Source: Trypanosoma brucei
Lineage: Eukaryota
Length of the DNA: 64,000 nucleotides
Assembly: GCA_000002445.1 (NCBI GenBank)
Contig: CM000208.1
Coordinates: 3,264,001-3,328,000 of the forward strand
Direction: 5' to 3'
The first letter of the stretch is position 1. Each line of letters opens with the position of its first letter. Both the position numbers and the translations under genes were made by a program. A model generated the notes under the pieces. The model had not been told where the DNA came from. It made no database searches and saw only the letters and a list, made by a program, of their open reading frames with translations. Shown here piece by piece: positions 32,397 to 43,753 of this stretch.

Positions 32397-34439
32397 TTAC
32401 GCGTTGCGAACACCTTCAACTCGCGCGTAGATAATTTCACTTGGCTGCGTGGTCCCGTTCTGCATGGCAACACCGAAGGGCAAGCAGACGTCACACCCGA
32501 ATTCCAAGAGTTCCACAACCTCCAAACGGAGGTCTTGCATTTCCTTCAGAAAGTTGGCCATGATCTCGTCCCCTTTCGTCCTTTCCAATACAACGTTCAC
32601 GGCGTCTTCGCCCTCTTTGGTATTCACACCGGCGGCCTCCCGTTTGAGTAGCTCTTGCTGCATATCCTTCGCCCACGCAGCAGCTTCTGCACTGGCACGG
32701 ACAATGTCGCGGGGAATGTCGACAACGGGAGCGCATGCACCAATTCGCGCCTTCTCGCCCTTGTGCTTCTCTTCCACAGTCATCATGCCACTATTTGGCG
32801 CGTACGGACGGAAGATGTCAATGACTATCTCAGAGAAGTTTTTGAGAGCGTAGTTAATCTTCAGCCGTGGTGAAGCAAGGTGATCGATAACGCCCGTGCG
32901 CAGAGACGAGGGCAGTCGGCTGTTGCTGCTGAAGGCATTGTTAAGCACCTCAAGCATCCGTGTTGGCATACGCCGTAGCCAAAGCACAGCATCTGCCGCT
33001 GCTGGATCGGTTAACGAAACGGCAACATCTTGCCGTGGGGGAAGAAGGCGTTGCAAAAAGGCTTTTGCAATGTTGAATGCGCTCCGCTTCGCGTCCTCCA
33101 AATCCTTCAGATCGCCAAGGTCAGGAACAGCGCACTCTAGCTCAATGCGCGTCCCCAGAAGGGACATTGCAAGAATGACGGAATGCATAAAGCCGATTAG
33201 CTGCTCCGGTTGGGATGCCGAAGGGCGGCCCGATTTGCTCTTAACCGGGGATGTAGGTTCAAAGAAGTGCTTCCCTTTTGTCATTCTCACAAGGGCGTCT
33301 ACAGCCTTGAGACCGACGGTGATACCATGGTCAACTACACCATCCACTCCAAATAGTTTGGCGATGCGTTTAATAGCCGGCTTGATGAGACCCTGAAGCA
33401 TATATTCACGGTCCCGCTCATTTCCCCACAGTTCCACAAACGGTTGCAACGTGGAGAGGAACAGTGGTGAGACGACAAAAACGTTGATCTTCATGGGAAC
33501 ATGGTTGCTTCCCCCAACGTTGCCTCCGTTTTTCGGTGGAATCACGAAAACCTCGACACGTGTGTCAATGTTGTGTAGCAGCATTTCCACGGCGACTGCA
33601 AACTTCTGGCCGTCCTCACCATCTTCGCACCACGGAGCTTTCTTGGCCGCCTCCCTTGCGTTCTCCATCTCCTTCCGAACCCACTCCACCACAAGGGCGG
33701 TTATTTTTGCGGCGACCTCTCTCGGGTTGGTTATCTGCTCACCGCTTTGACCCTGAACATTAACCACAGCGGAAATCCTCATAAGTTCCAGAACTGTCCC
33801 ACTACACGGCTCCCTACGGAAGCACAGCGATAGGGAACGAAAGTTCTTTCCGGGAATGCAACGCAGGTTCGGCGCAGAGGCATTACCCTTAATGGACTTG
33901 CCCTTGTCTGTTTTCTTTGGTGGCTCCCACGGCCTCGGCCTCCCATTCAATTCTCCGCAAGCGGTGCACTTCTTGCAGTGCTTCTTTACCCACTCGTGTG
34001 TTCCCCGTATCTCGTTGCGGCTGATAACAACAACATCTGTCGTCCGTGTCGCGGAGCTACTCGAGCTTAACGTGGAGGGTTTCTTGTCGCCACCAGGAAC
34101 AACAGCTTGTACCGCGGCCGCCAAAATCTTCCCCAAAACAACGCTGCTTTTGCCTGTAGAAGTTTCAAGTCCCTCCTCAATGGAGTAAAGAATGTCATCC
34201 ACAGCTTTGCAACCGGTGTCAATCTCCGCAAAGTTAGGTGCGGCATTACCAGCCAGCATTTGTTGACTCTTCCGCCCACGAAGCTCAGACACACGCATGA
34301 TAATATCCTGTGTGTACTGTTGCTGCTCCGCGACTACGGACGCAAGTGACTCACGCTGGGACCGTAACTCTTCCATTGCTTGCTCATGTTTCTCCTTCTC
34401 ATCACGTATCGCCTGCTGCAACTCCGCTATGGTTGCCAT
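32397..34439 (-). CDS. Conserved-looking hypothetical protein, ~680 aa (coiled-coil N-terminus; internal CxxC…C motif)
   Basis: Long ORF. The track start is a TTG. The first ATG (MATIAELQQAIRDEKEKHEQ) is at 34437-34439. No confident family. Confidence 0.55.
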   Translation of the reverse strand: MATIAELQQAIRDEKEKHEQAMEELRSQRESLASVVAEQQQYTQDIIMRVSELRGRKSQQMLAGNAAPNFAEIDTGCKAVDDILYSIEEGLETSTGKSSVVLGKILAAAVQAVVPGGDKKPSTLSSSSSATRTTDVVVISRNEIRGTHEWVKKHCKKCTACGELNGRPRPWEPPKKTDKGKSIKGNASAPNLRCIPGKNFRSLSLCFRREPCSGTVLELMRISAVVNVQGQSGEQITNPREVAAKITALVVEWVRKEMENAREAAKKAPWCEDGEDGQKFAVAVEMLLHNIDTRVEVFVIPPKNGGNVGGSNHVPMKINVFVVSPLFLSTLQPFVELWGNERDREYMLQGLIKPAIKRIAKLFGVDGVVDHGITVGLKAVDALVRMTKGKHFFEPTSPVKSKSGRPSASQPEQLIGFMHSVILAMSLLGTRIELECAVPDLGDLKDLEDAKRSAFNIAKAFLQRLLPPRQDVAVSLTDPAAADAVLWLRRMPTRMLEVLNNAFSSNSRLPSSLRTGVIDHLASPRLKINYALKNFSEIVIDIFRPYAPNSGMMTVEEKHKGEKARIGACAPVVDIPRDIVRASAEAAAWAKDMQQELLKREAAGVNTKEGEDAVNVVLERTKGDEIMANFLKEMQDLRLEVVELLEFGCDVCLPFGVAMQNGTTQPSEIIYARVEGVRNA

Positions 34440-34676
34440 TTGTAAGGGGTCCTCAGTAAATGCCAAAGAACGTGTACTGATAAGCGAATGAATATGTACC
34501 TATTGTGATATCACACATTGGACAGAGAACAAGGGGAAAAGGATTCGTTTGTTTTTCGAATGAAAACAATACCACACCGAAAAGGGATCAGAAAGGACAG
34601 GGACGCGCACAATCCTTGTGCATAAAACACACACCAAATTACCAAACCACACAGCGCATATACACATAGTGGTGGC

Positions 34677-34695
34677 ACACACACACACACACACA
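34677..34695. repeat. (CA)9-10 microsatellite
   Basis: Read directly. It is ~240 nt upstream of the 34439 gene start. Confidence 0.85.
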
Positions 34696-37237
34696 ATACA
34701 AGACAATTTTTCTCTTACGTGTGTCGTTTTGGTGGGAAGAGGGAGGAAAAAAAAAAGGGGTTCCCGTCCAATCGTAATATCAGCGGGCGCACAGGTGCAA
34801 CTTGGGTAACGGAGAAGTTATAATTATTATTGCAGTGAAAAATACCGCGGAGAAGAGAGGAGTTAAGTGAACCACTCCCATGCTTTTCTCTTCGAATACC
34901 TTTGCCTTTCCTCCCCCCCCCTTCACCTCCATTTCCCCCTCATTTTCATTCCCTCACGTACTTTGCCGCCCCGTAGTCTTTCACCTTCCCCCCTCCCCCA
35001 TACGCGCGCACACACTTGCATCGCTTCATCCTCTTTCATTACTTCTTCTCTTAATGGTTGAACTTATTAAATAAAAATTTACTCAGAGCTTACCGTTTTC
35101 ACACAAGCATGGGCACCTTTCCCACTTAAAGTTCACGTTAATCTTAAACCCTCCTAAAGGTTGACATATTAGACGCAGGTTACATCACACCCAATGAGAG
35201 GAACTACGAAAATGAGAAGGAAAAACAGACGAAAGAACCTCCCCTCTCTTGCCCCCTTACGTCTCGGTTGATAATGATAGAAATATATATGTATATGAAT
35301 ATATATAAATATGTATATGCATACGCATACACATGCTACATATATATATATATGATGACACAACTCTAGTGGAGTATGCCTCTTCGCCTTCTCCAACCGC
35401 ACAAACTGCGCACCCACACGAAGAGGCGAAAGGAAAAAAAAAAGGAAAGCTACCAAATCAAAGAAAAGCAGAAATCAAAAACAGTCCGTGCGGGATGATC
35501 ACCACCCGCATAATTAAAATTTAATAAAGCAGTGTTGATGAACTTAAAAGGCACATGCGAGAGAGGTGTGATGGCAACAAAAGAGCTGAAAAGGATTGTA
35601 GTTACGCAAACACTCACGGGTACAAATGTGCATCGGCTTCTTTTCCCCAGCACTGATCTTCACAGCATTGTATTCACCGCATTAAAAGAAAGAAAACATT
35701 TCAAAAAGATGAACTAACATAGAGCAAAGGGCAAAGGCGAAACTTACAAGAAGCTCATCTGCAGCGACCGCCGTCACGCAGCGGTGCCGAATTTCCCCTC
35801 GGTTTTGTTCCTTTTTTCATTGCCTCTCCATGGTGAGTGGTATACATACTGCGTACTGCGTCCATAAGATAAACACGAAACACACCCGTACTACACATAC
35901 AAACAGAGAGATAAAGGCTTGATAATATATTTATATAATATATAACACAACAGAAGCACGTGTGTCATCAAAGATACACGCCGACTGTGAGATCACGTGA
36001 ACCTATCGTGTTGTCTTCTCTTTCGCGCTTTTCCGCACAAACGCGTGAGGTCTTGGTCCCCCCTTCCCCTTCCATATTTAACCCGGTTACCTCCTAAACG
36101 CACATGAAACCAATTTTTTTGCCCACTGGCATTCTGCCCCCATCCCTTATTTATCCGCAGATAAACATAACTCAGGTCACAGCGCCCACAAGACCATATC
36201 CGGAATCAACCACTCTAGAATGTAGGAACATTATCTTGCACAAAAATGCTGTTACTTCCCTTGCTCTCTTCCTTTTGACCGTCTTTTTATTTACTCCCAT
36301 TGCCTCTCAATTCGTTGAATTCTGCTACTTCAGCTTCTAAGTGAATCATGAAAAGAAAGAAAACCAGAGGAAAGCGCGAGGAGACGCGTCGCGCGTAATG
36401 AGGCATACCAGACACGCACCTCCCCTCTTGGGAACCGACGGGCAGCTGCTCTCCCTTCCTTTCTCCACGCTCTGCTCATCGCTTCCAACATAAAGCACGC
36501 ACACACCCACAGCAATGTGACAACACCGGTCTCTCCTGCTCCTATGCGCCTCTTCATCGCCCTGATTTCCTAGCTCTACTTAGTTTTCGCTAGTTCTCCG
36601 TCCATTTTTAAAAAAAATTTTAATGAATCATTAAATGTGTGTAGTCCTATCCCTCTCCCCTCCCGTCCCGTTTATCCCACACTCCGTTTCCGTTTTTTTT
36701 GCTCCAAACTTTACCCCCCCCCCACACACACACACATCAGTGAGGGGGGAGCTTGAACCATCCACTGTAACCTTACACCAGGATCACAGCCCTTCCCAGC
36801 TCCTACAACAGTCGAAGCGCCGAGTTTTGCAATGGCAAAACATACAAGAGAATGTTCCTCCCCCACTTGCTTATGAACACGCGATCGGCCGAACTGACAA
36901 GTTTGTGAAAACACCTCATAGGGAATCCCTTTAAGGTATGCACAACTCCTCAGGAGCGGCATTGACATGAAATAATAAAGCTGAGCTCAGCCAGTGCCAA
37001 CGACATGGCTGCGGAGAGACTGGGTGGTTGCACAGCTTGGGAAAATACACTCATGTACATTCCTGAAGTGAGGGCTAAAGAGATGACAGTGCGTGAACAT
37101 CATCAGAACGGGGTAAATCAAAGGGCATGAAGCAAAAAAGTTCACGCCGGACACCAATACACACATCACAAGAGAGTAAAGGTGCAGAGTACGGCCATAT
37201 CATCACTCCAGGGTTGGCCATAACAGCCTTTGTATCT

Positions 37238-38533
37238 CTACTGAGAACAATCGGCGTTGGCTGCCTCGCCCGAGGTTTGGGCAGGTGCCGCGGTGTACTT
37301 TTCGCGGACCTCGTCTATCTGAATGCGTGACCCTCCAGACCCCTTCTTTCCCTTGCTCGACTCTAACAATTTTGCCACCGTTGCCTTCACATTACCACCC
37401 GCCTCTTTTATGGCGTCGTGATCCAACTGCACGAAGGAAAAGGTGCGTATAACGTTGGTGTCCTTCTTATCATTTTGGGAAAGTAATTTCACAAGCTTAA
37501 CGGGGGCCATTGGCTCCACCAGGTCGCGTACAGTTTGCTCCGTTGCAGTGGGAGGCAAACCCTTCACAATGACGTCATAAAAAACCACGAAGCGACTAAG
37601 CGTCCGCCCCTCCGCATCCTTCCCCTTGCTGCGATTGGGACCCTCCCTACCGTTTGGTTTGCCTGAGGACCGGTCACTCGCTTCTTTTCCGTTCTTCTCA
37701 CTGCCATCGCGCTTTTTCGCCGTCGCACCCTTCTTTGCCCCCGTAGAATCCTTAGTCAGCGCTTTTGCGCCTTCTCGCTGGGGTTCGCTCGCTTTCACCC
37801 GAACTGGAGGCTCCTCAGCGTGGTCTTTGACCCCCTTCGCCACAACGAGTCGAGGAGCCACCTGACTCGCATTGCTACCTACTTGTTTCCCTAACTTGAT
37901 GGCTTCCGCAAAACTTTTCGGCCTCCGTGTCTCTGCCTCAGCATCGGGAACAGCGGGTGCACCAGAGTCAGCCGGTTTCTCCACCGCAGCTTCGGCCGCC
38001 GGTTGAGTCGTTGAACTCACCCTCTGGGCGGCGACCGCAGCCCTCGACGGAGCCAAGTCCTCCATGGGTGGTAGTTCCTCCTTCGGTGATTCCTGAGCAA
38101 ACATTGGCGGTGTCTCGAGCGCCCACCGCTTCTGTGCTTCTTCTGACGGGTTGTTTATCCGCCTGTCACGCACCACCCCGAAACTTCCAGGATGAGCTTT
38201 GTGTTCCATGAGCACAACTTCGTGGGTAAAGTTGTGGCTGAGGGTTGGCGATACGGTGAGCACCCCCTGTATTGTGAGAGAAATATTTCCATCGCTCCCC
38301 ACCTCCGATGAGAGGCTGACGATATTCACAACGGCGTCAACCAGAACGGGGTACAACCGGTCAACAGCCTCCCGTATCGCCTTTACGCCGGTGGCTTTGT
38401 GCCCAAGGTGCTCAAATGAAGCGTCCTGCACGTAGAAGTTTGGCAACTCACTCGGTTCCCGCACCAACTTCGTGTAGTACTGTTGAGTGAAACTAGCGCC
38501 AACACGCCGATGACGGTCGCTAGCCTCAGACAT
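37238..38533 (-). CDS. G3BP-like RNA-binding protein: N-terminal NTF2-like domain + C-terminal RRM, 431 aa
   Basis: ATG at 38531-38533. The N-terminal ~120 aa (FTQQYYTKL…FEHLGH…LTIQGVLTV) has the NTF2 fold signature. A disordered Ala/Pro/Glu/Lys-rich linker follows. The C-terminal RRM is RFVVFYDVIVKGLPPTATEQTVRDL…IRTFSFVQLDH. Confidence 0.65.
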   Translation of the reverse strand: MSEASDRHRRVGASFTQQYYTKLVREPSELPNFYVQDASFEHLGHKATGVKAIREAVDRLYPVLVDAVVNIVSLSSEVGSDGNISLTIQGVLTVSPTLSHNFTHEVVLMEHKAHPGSFGVVRDRRINNPSEEAQKRWALETPPMFAQESPKEELPPMEDLAPSRAAVAAQRVSSTTQPAAEAAVEKPADSGAPAVPDAEAETRRPKSFAEAIKLGKQVGSNASQVAPRLVVAKGVKDHAEEPPVRVKASEPQREGAKALTKDSTGAKKGATAKKRDGSEKNGKEASDRSSGKPNGREGPNRSKGKDAEGRTLSRFVVFYDVIVKGLPPTATEQTVRDLVEPMAPVKLVKLLSQNDKKDTNVIRTFSFVQLDHDAIKEAGGNVKATVAKLLESSKGKKGSGGSRIQIDEVREKYTAAPAQTSGEAANADCSQ

Positions 38534-38891
38534 TTAAATGTCACCTCTTCCCCTTCAGAAACTTCCCCTAATCCTCCCCAAACGGAAATGATAATGAGAA
38601 AAAGAAAAAGGCTACGCGGGCAGATTAGACAACAATTCAGTTCAAGCGCAGTTGGCTACATCATAACTGGGTGATGATGTCAGTAGCAAAGGAAAGAACA
38701 AGTGTTCAAAAATTTACCCTTGAACGCATCCCTCGGTCAACACAGCCACCAAATCCTGTGGCTTCCGCCCCCAAAGTACACCTGTAGCCTTCGAAACCCC
38801 TTCACACGAACATCCACAAAACGTTCGTGAAGTGCATGTTTAACATAACAATCACAACGGCGTCTTCACTTGGCACCACACTTCCCTGAAG

Positions 38892-39233
38892 TTAATTCGA
38901 TGTTCCGGACGACGGTTCTGCCCTACTCCCCGCGCCCGGCCACAGTAGCGCAGTCCGTTCCTCCGGGGTCATTACTAGTTTTGCATCTAGAAATTCTTGA
39001 AAGTCCATTACAGTCCAATGGGAGTGAACGCGCGCACACTTGTCGCAGCGGCAAGTCACCAATGTCCCAGTCAACCCCGTGCAGTCACGTCGCTCACGGT
39101 GATAACTGCGGCAGTGTGCGTCCGAATCAAAAAGAATAGGGTTGGGAATGGGCTTGTAGCCCTTCGCGTACCTCTGAATGGTTTGGCAGTTACCACAACG
39201 GATAAAATACTTTTGGAAAAAGCGACTAGACAT
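38892..39233 (-). CDS. Small putative zinc-ribbon protein, 113 aa
   Basis: Clean ATG at 39231-39233. It has paired Cys motifs (CGNC…HC…CRCDKC) spaced as in a treble-clef or zinc ribbon. It is on the transcribed strand, between two larger genes. Confidence 0.4.
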   Translation of the reverse strand: MSSRFFQKYFIRCGNCQTIQRYAKGYKPIPNPILFDSDAHCRSYHRERRDCTGLTGTLVTCRCDKCARVHSHWTVMDFQEFLDAKLVMTPEERTALLWPGAGSRAEPSSGTSN

Positions 39234-39515
39234 ATTAGCGGAAACTTGCTGTGTCCTGTAAAACAGGTACTACACTAACCGCTGTGACGAAGCCACTGGA
39301 AATTAGTGGCAATAAAGGAAGGCAAATAAACGAGTGATGAGCAGTGCAGTAGGAGTATGGTTTTTATTCACAAACACAACACAACACAACTCACAGAATG
39401 CAAATACCCACGAAGAGGCACTGCGAACTGCTGGGTATCCGCACGGTTATAAGAAATACAGAAGGGAGAACAACCGAAACAAAGAAGAAGCGAAGGTCAA
39501 GTAACTAAACACCGC

Positions 39516-40301
39516 TTAGCAAGCCAACCTCTTCCTCCGCGGGATGGGTAGTTGTTTGCCCCGCTGTCCACCCAACTCTTCCATGGATCGCTCCAACCCA
39601 AGGAACTGACCACTGCGCGAGACTTCCTCTGCGATGGGAACCATATTTGGTCTCCACGAACATGACGGACAGTATGCCGACCAAGCCACAATGTCAGGGT
39701 GCAAAGTACATTGCCCTGCCTCTACTTGCCCCGTACGACTGCGAATAGTTGACCTGTATGACCCGCCACAACCGCGGCAAGTCCACTCCGCATAAAATTT
39801 GCTTGTTACTGCTAACGTAGCCAAATTATCCCGCTTGCCGTTGTCCACGAGCTGCTCAGTTAATTCAGGAGCCGCTTGCGATACGGGCGGGCTTCCGTGC
39901 TGCTCCCCACGCACCTCTGACGGATATTTCTTCTTGCAGAAGTTACAGCCTGCGTGATATTTGGTTCGAACAGAAACGTTTTTACGATAACTGGAACCAC
40001 AAAAAGAGCACTTCCAGTAGATCCGTCGGTGGTCGTTCCAACGTATGTCCGACAGAGCGACATTCAGTTCCTCCTCCGTCCGTTTCACGTCGATGTCGGA
40101 GATTACAGCACTGTACCTGTTGGAAAAATTCAGTAAGCGATTCGAGTCTCGAGTAACCCAGTTGACACCCTTCATTGGAAGCTTCCTTCCCACGCTGTAG
40201 CTGAGAAACATGGACCCATAGCGCATGTTCGGCCATACACTGGACCAACGGGACTTCTGTTTGAACTCCGCAGCTCGGAGAATAAAGTTACGGTTGAACA
40301 T
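39516..40301 (-). CDS. Hypothetical protein with two tandem zinc-ribbon-like repeats, ~261 aa
   Basis: The track ORF starts at a GTG. The first ATG (MFNRNFILRAAEF) is at 40299-40301. There is an internal duplication: W-x-C-x2-C-G-x-SYR-x…C-x2-C appears twice (WKCSFCGSSYRKN…CNFC and WTCRGCGGSYRST…CPSC). Confidence 0.45.
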   Translation of the reverse strand: MFNRNFILRAAEFKQKSRWSSVWPNMRYGSMFLSYSVGRKLPMKGVNWVTRDSNRLLNFSNRYSAVISDIDVKRTEEELNVALSDIRWNDHRRIYWKCSFCGSSYRKNVSVRTKYHAGCNFCKKKYPSEVRGEQHGSPPVSQAAPELTEQLVDNGKRDNLATLAVTSKFYAEWTCRGCGGSYRSTIRSRTGQVEAGQCTLHPDIVAWSAYCPSCSWRPNMVPIAEEVSRSGQFLGLERSMEELGGQRGKQLPIPRRKRLAC

Positions 40302-41530
40302 TGCCGTACTTCTCCGTTGAAAGTGTGGCTCCCTACCGCAGACCTCCCTCTCCCCTACAACCTTACTTCCCTTCACTCCTCCGTCAAACGGCTACCACAC
40401 TAAAGATATTACGAACGGCCCCACTACGGATATATGTTGCTAAGAACGAAAAATACCCAAACGTATTCTGCAAGGTCAGTGGAGTCCCACCGTCAACCCT
40501 ACCTAGCGCTCTTGCCTCTCCGCGTCCGATGACGAAGAGTTGGACAACAGAGCCGCTAACTTAGGCACTATTTACCCTATTCGTTGCTCCGGTTTATTTT
40601 CAGTCGGAGGATAACGGCGCCTCCTTGTCCGTTGTGGTGAATAATGGTGGAAATGCAAGAAAAAAGAAAAACGCAGTTCACCCAACGGGTGTGCACATGC
40701 GTAAAAAAAAAAGCATAAGAATACATTTCAAGACGATGTTGCAAGCGATAAAATTACAGTAATAAAAAAAAGTGGGTGGAGTACCTACACAAACACTCAG
40801 TTACACACTCCCTGTCACTACAAGTTGGTGGAGGACCTTCGCTTGTGTACCCATCCACGTGCTAGTGAGTATTCGAAGGCACATGTTCTTGTTCAGGTTT
40901 TCCACACAACAAACATGGGAGTGGGCAATAAATATGTGACGCGGTCAAATAAGTGGCAGGGAGTAGATAGGGTTACACCTACTGGGGAAATGGAAGGTAT
41001 GTAGTGGTAACAAGGTACACGAGGAAATATGCTTCAAACAATAACAGGTGAAGGAAACACTGTGAAGCAGACATCACACGATACAAACACAAAACGTGAG
41101 TAGCCCAAGACGTAGCATATATCATATACGTGTATTCATATATATATATAAACATATGCAACCTGTTTCAGGCAAAATTAACGCATCTGATTAAGTACTT
41201 CTCCCACCGGATGTGAGTACACTTCAGTAGCACCGATGAGGTTATGTGGCAACACACACATTCTTCCGTTTGACCCCGTATCGCACCCCTTGTAGCATGT
41301 ACTCCGTTGGCGTTGCTACCGCTGCTACTCTCCCTTTACCTGCTCATAACGGCTGGATGTGATTGACGACAGTTAGGGACCGGGTAGACAGAAATGCGCG
41401 CCAACCTGACACTACCTTAATTGTAAGACCCCTCCTTGCCACACCACAGGAAAAGCCAGTGGACACGAGACTGGATGGAGCCGAAAGAAATATTCCGTTT
41501 GTGTTGTTTCACCGATGGCACCACTTTGGC

Positions 41531-42253
41531 TCATGCAACAAGTGAGTTGTTCATGAGCGGCTTCGGTGGAGGTGGTTTCCTGGGCTCTTTTGGCATCGGT
41601 GCCCGTCGCACCGCCTCGTGCCGCGGAGGGAAAAGCATGAAGAGAACAATACGCAGCGTCACGAACAGGGCAGACCACATGAGGATAACCCGAAACCATG
41701 CCTGGAAGAATTCTTCATTTCCTGCGAATGCTCTGCGGCGTGGATCCTTGGATGTAGCCTCTTCAGTCCCGTCGTCATCACCAAACGGATCTTTCCTCAC
41801 TTTGCCAGTATGCATTTCCTCGTAGAACTCGTCGTAACTAATTCTGCTCTTATGTTGCCGCGTGGTAAAGCGGAAGTTGCTGTAGCGGTTGGCGTTGGTC
41901 GTGCCTCCTGCACCGTCAGTACCACCATTCGAATCCTTGGGTATCCATATCCCGCTCTTTACCTGTTCATACGCCATTTGGATTTCCTGAAACTTTTCAT
42001 GGGAACCACCCGGTGCGTCAGGGTGATGTTTTCTGGCAAGCACGCGATACGCCTTCTTAATGTCCTCCTTAGAAGCTCCTTGCTTAACGCCAAGCACAGT
42101 ATATGGATTTTTCACTTCACTGGCGAGGCGGAGCTGAACGAATAGCGGAGCTGCGCCCATCGCACCGGCTGCCATCCGCCTTGAGGAAGTTGGCGTCAAC
42201 AGCCTGCGGCAGGTCCTACCACCTACAAACAAACAGCACTGACTACGCCACAT
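41531..42253 (-). CDS. DnaJ (J-domain) protein with Arg-rich presequence-like N-terminus and C-terminal transmembrane helix, ~240 aa
   Basis: J domain [35 protein letters not shown]…[11 protein letters not shown] with an HPD tripeptide. The C-terminal hydrophobic stretch is [18 protein letters not shown]. The first ATG (MWRSQCC…) is at 42251-42253. The track start is a GTG. Confidence 0.65.
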   Translation of the reverse strand: MWRSQCCLFVGGRTCRRLLTPTSSRRMAAGAMGAAPLFVQLRLASEVKNPYTVLGVKQGASKEDIKKAYRVLARKHHPDAPGGSHEKFQEIQMAYEQVKSGIWIPKDSNGGTDGAGGTTNANRYSNFRFTTRQHKSRISYDEFYEEMHTGKVRKDPFGDDDGTEEATSKDPRRRAFAGNEEFFQAWFRVILMWSALFVTLRIVLFMLFPPRHEAVRRAPMPKEPRKPPPPKPLMNNSLVA

Positions 42254-43753
42254 TTTACAGGCCCAGGAATAAACAAGTGGGTCGCGCAGGCTCCCTCCTC
42301 CTTGTTGCACTGTGTGCTTCTCTCACTTGCTCCTTTAAAGGGGGAAAACTATCGTTCGCTGATACTGTGTTGCAGCCGCCACCGTGTTACAGACTTATCT
42401 GGTATTAGTGTGTGATCGTTAAATCTTTTCTTAGATGTGTTTTGAATAAACCTTATGGAGGTCACCTGCCTTCTGCTCCCCTTTTATTTTGTTAACCTGC
42501 TCCTAACACCACTTTGTCCGCCAACTTTCTGGCAAACCTTCTCTTAACAATTATCCTCGTCGATGGTAACCTGTTACTGCGAGGCACTTACACGGAGGGA
42601 TTGCTGTAACAGGCAGAGTACAAACCGCACGTGCAACGCAGTCGGAGCCACAACTGGTCTCAAGTGGTCTCTCCGAGTTCTCACTTCCTACGACGTAATA
42701 TTTTGGAAAGAAGCAATAACAAGAATGAAAGTAATATAAGGGGGAAAAGAAGTCATGTTCGCTTATCTCACTTCCTTCTACCACTCACACGCAGCTACTG
42801 TTGTTGATTCACGTTTATATGTTAGTTTATCCACCTCTAAACGGCAGAGAAGACCGAAAGCAATGCGCAAACTCTGCATCATACCCACACCCTCACCACA
42901 CTCACGTATTTTCCATATTGATGGATCTTTTGAGTGGAGGAGAATGCAGCAGCAAGGAGGGAAGAAGGACATAGTATACATATTAGCGGAACCGCACGTG
43001 ACCGGATTGTTTTCCGGCACGCACAACCATATTCCAGCAGTAAGCCAAGCTAAAGCGTACGTAACGGGGGTTCGAGGCCTCTGGGAAAGAAAAGTAAAAA
43101 AAAAAAGAAAGAGGAAACAAAAAAAGTGGACCGGAACGGAATAAAAAGAGAAGAGAAATGAAAACGGCCCCCCCCAGTAGAAAAATATGGACAACGATCA
43201 CGATATGTGTTGCTTTAAACTCCCGTACTTACCCTCTTCGAATGTTACGCACCAAATGTATCTTTTATTGGTTTACCCCACCTTATATTGTACCGCACAT
43301 AACGCGAAGGTCGCAACCCTGCCACCACCACCTCCCTCCATCCCCAACGACGTGACGAGTAATGTTTCAGAGCAATCCCTTCAATGAGTTGCTCTTTACA
43401 CCATTGTTGGCACTGTTACTACTTTTACCGGCACATACTCACATTACTATACGAGGTCGGGGGATAAAATAACACAAACCAGTCAACAGTGGGGGTGACG
43501 GTCCGCTCTCACCACCACTTCCTTGGTATGCACGATGACAGACAGGCAAAATGGTGTAAACAAATCGCTCGAGAATGGGGTGTGCGTTTGTAACGGTAAA
43601 AAGTGTATTGGAGGGGGCACCGGAGGGAAGGAAACAGGAGATAAGAAAAAAAGACGGCGTTGAAGCAAAAAGATGTGGGGAAAGACAAATTAAGCCCACT
43701 CGCAGGTACCCGATGAACCCCCCCCTTCCATGTCTATGGGCACATCTTATACA

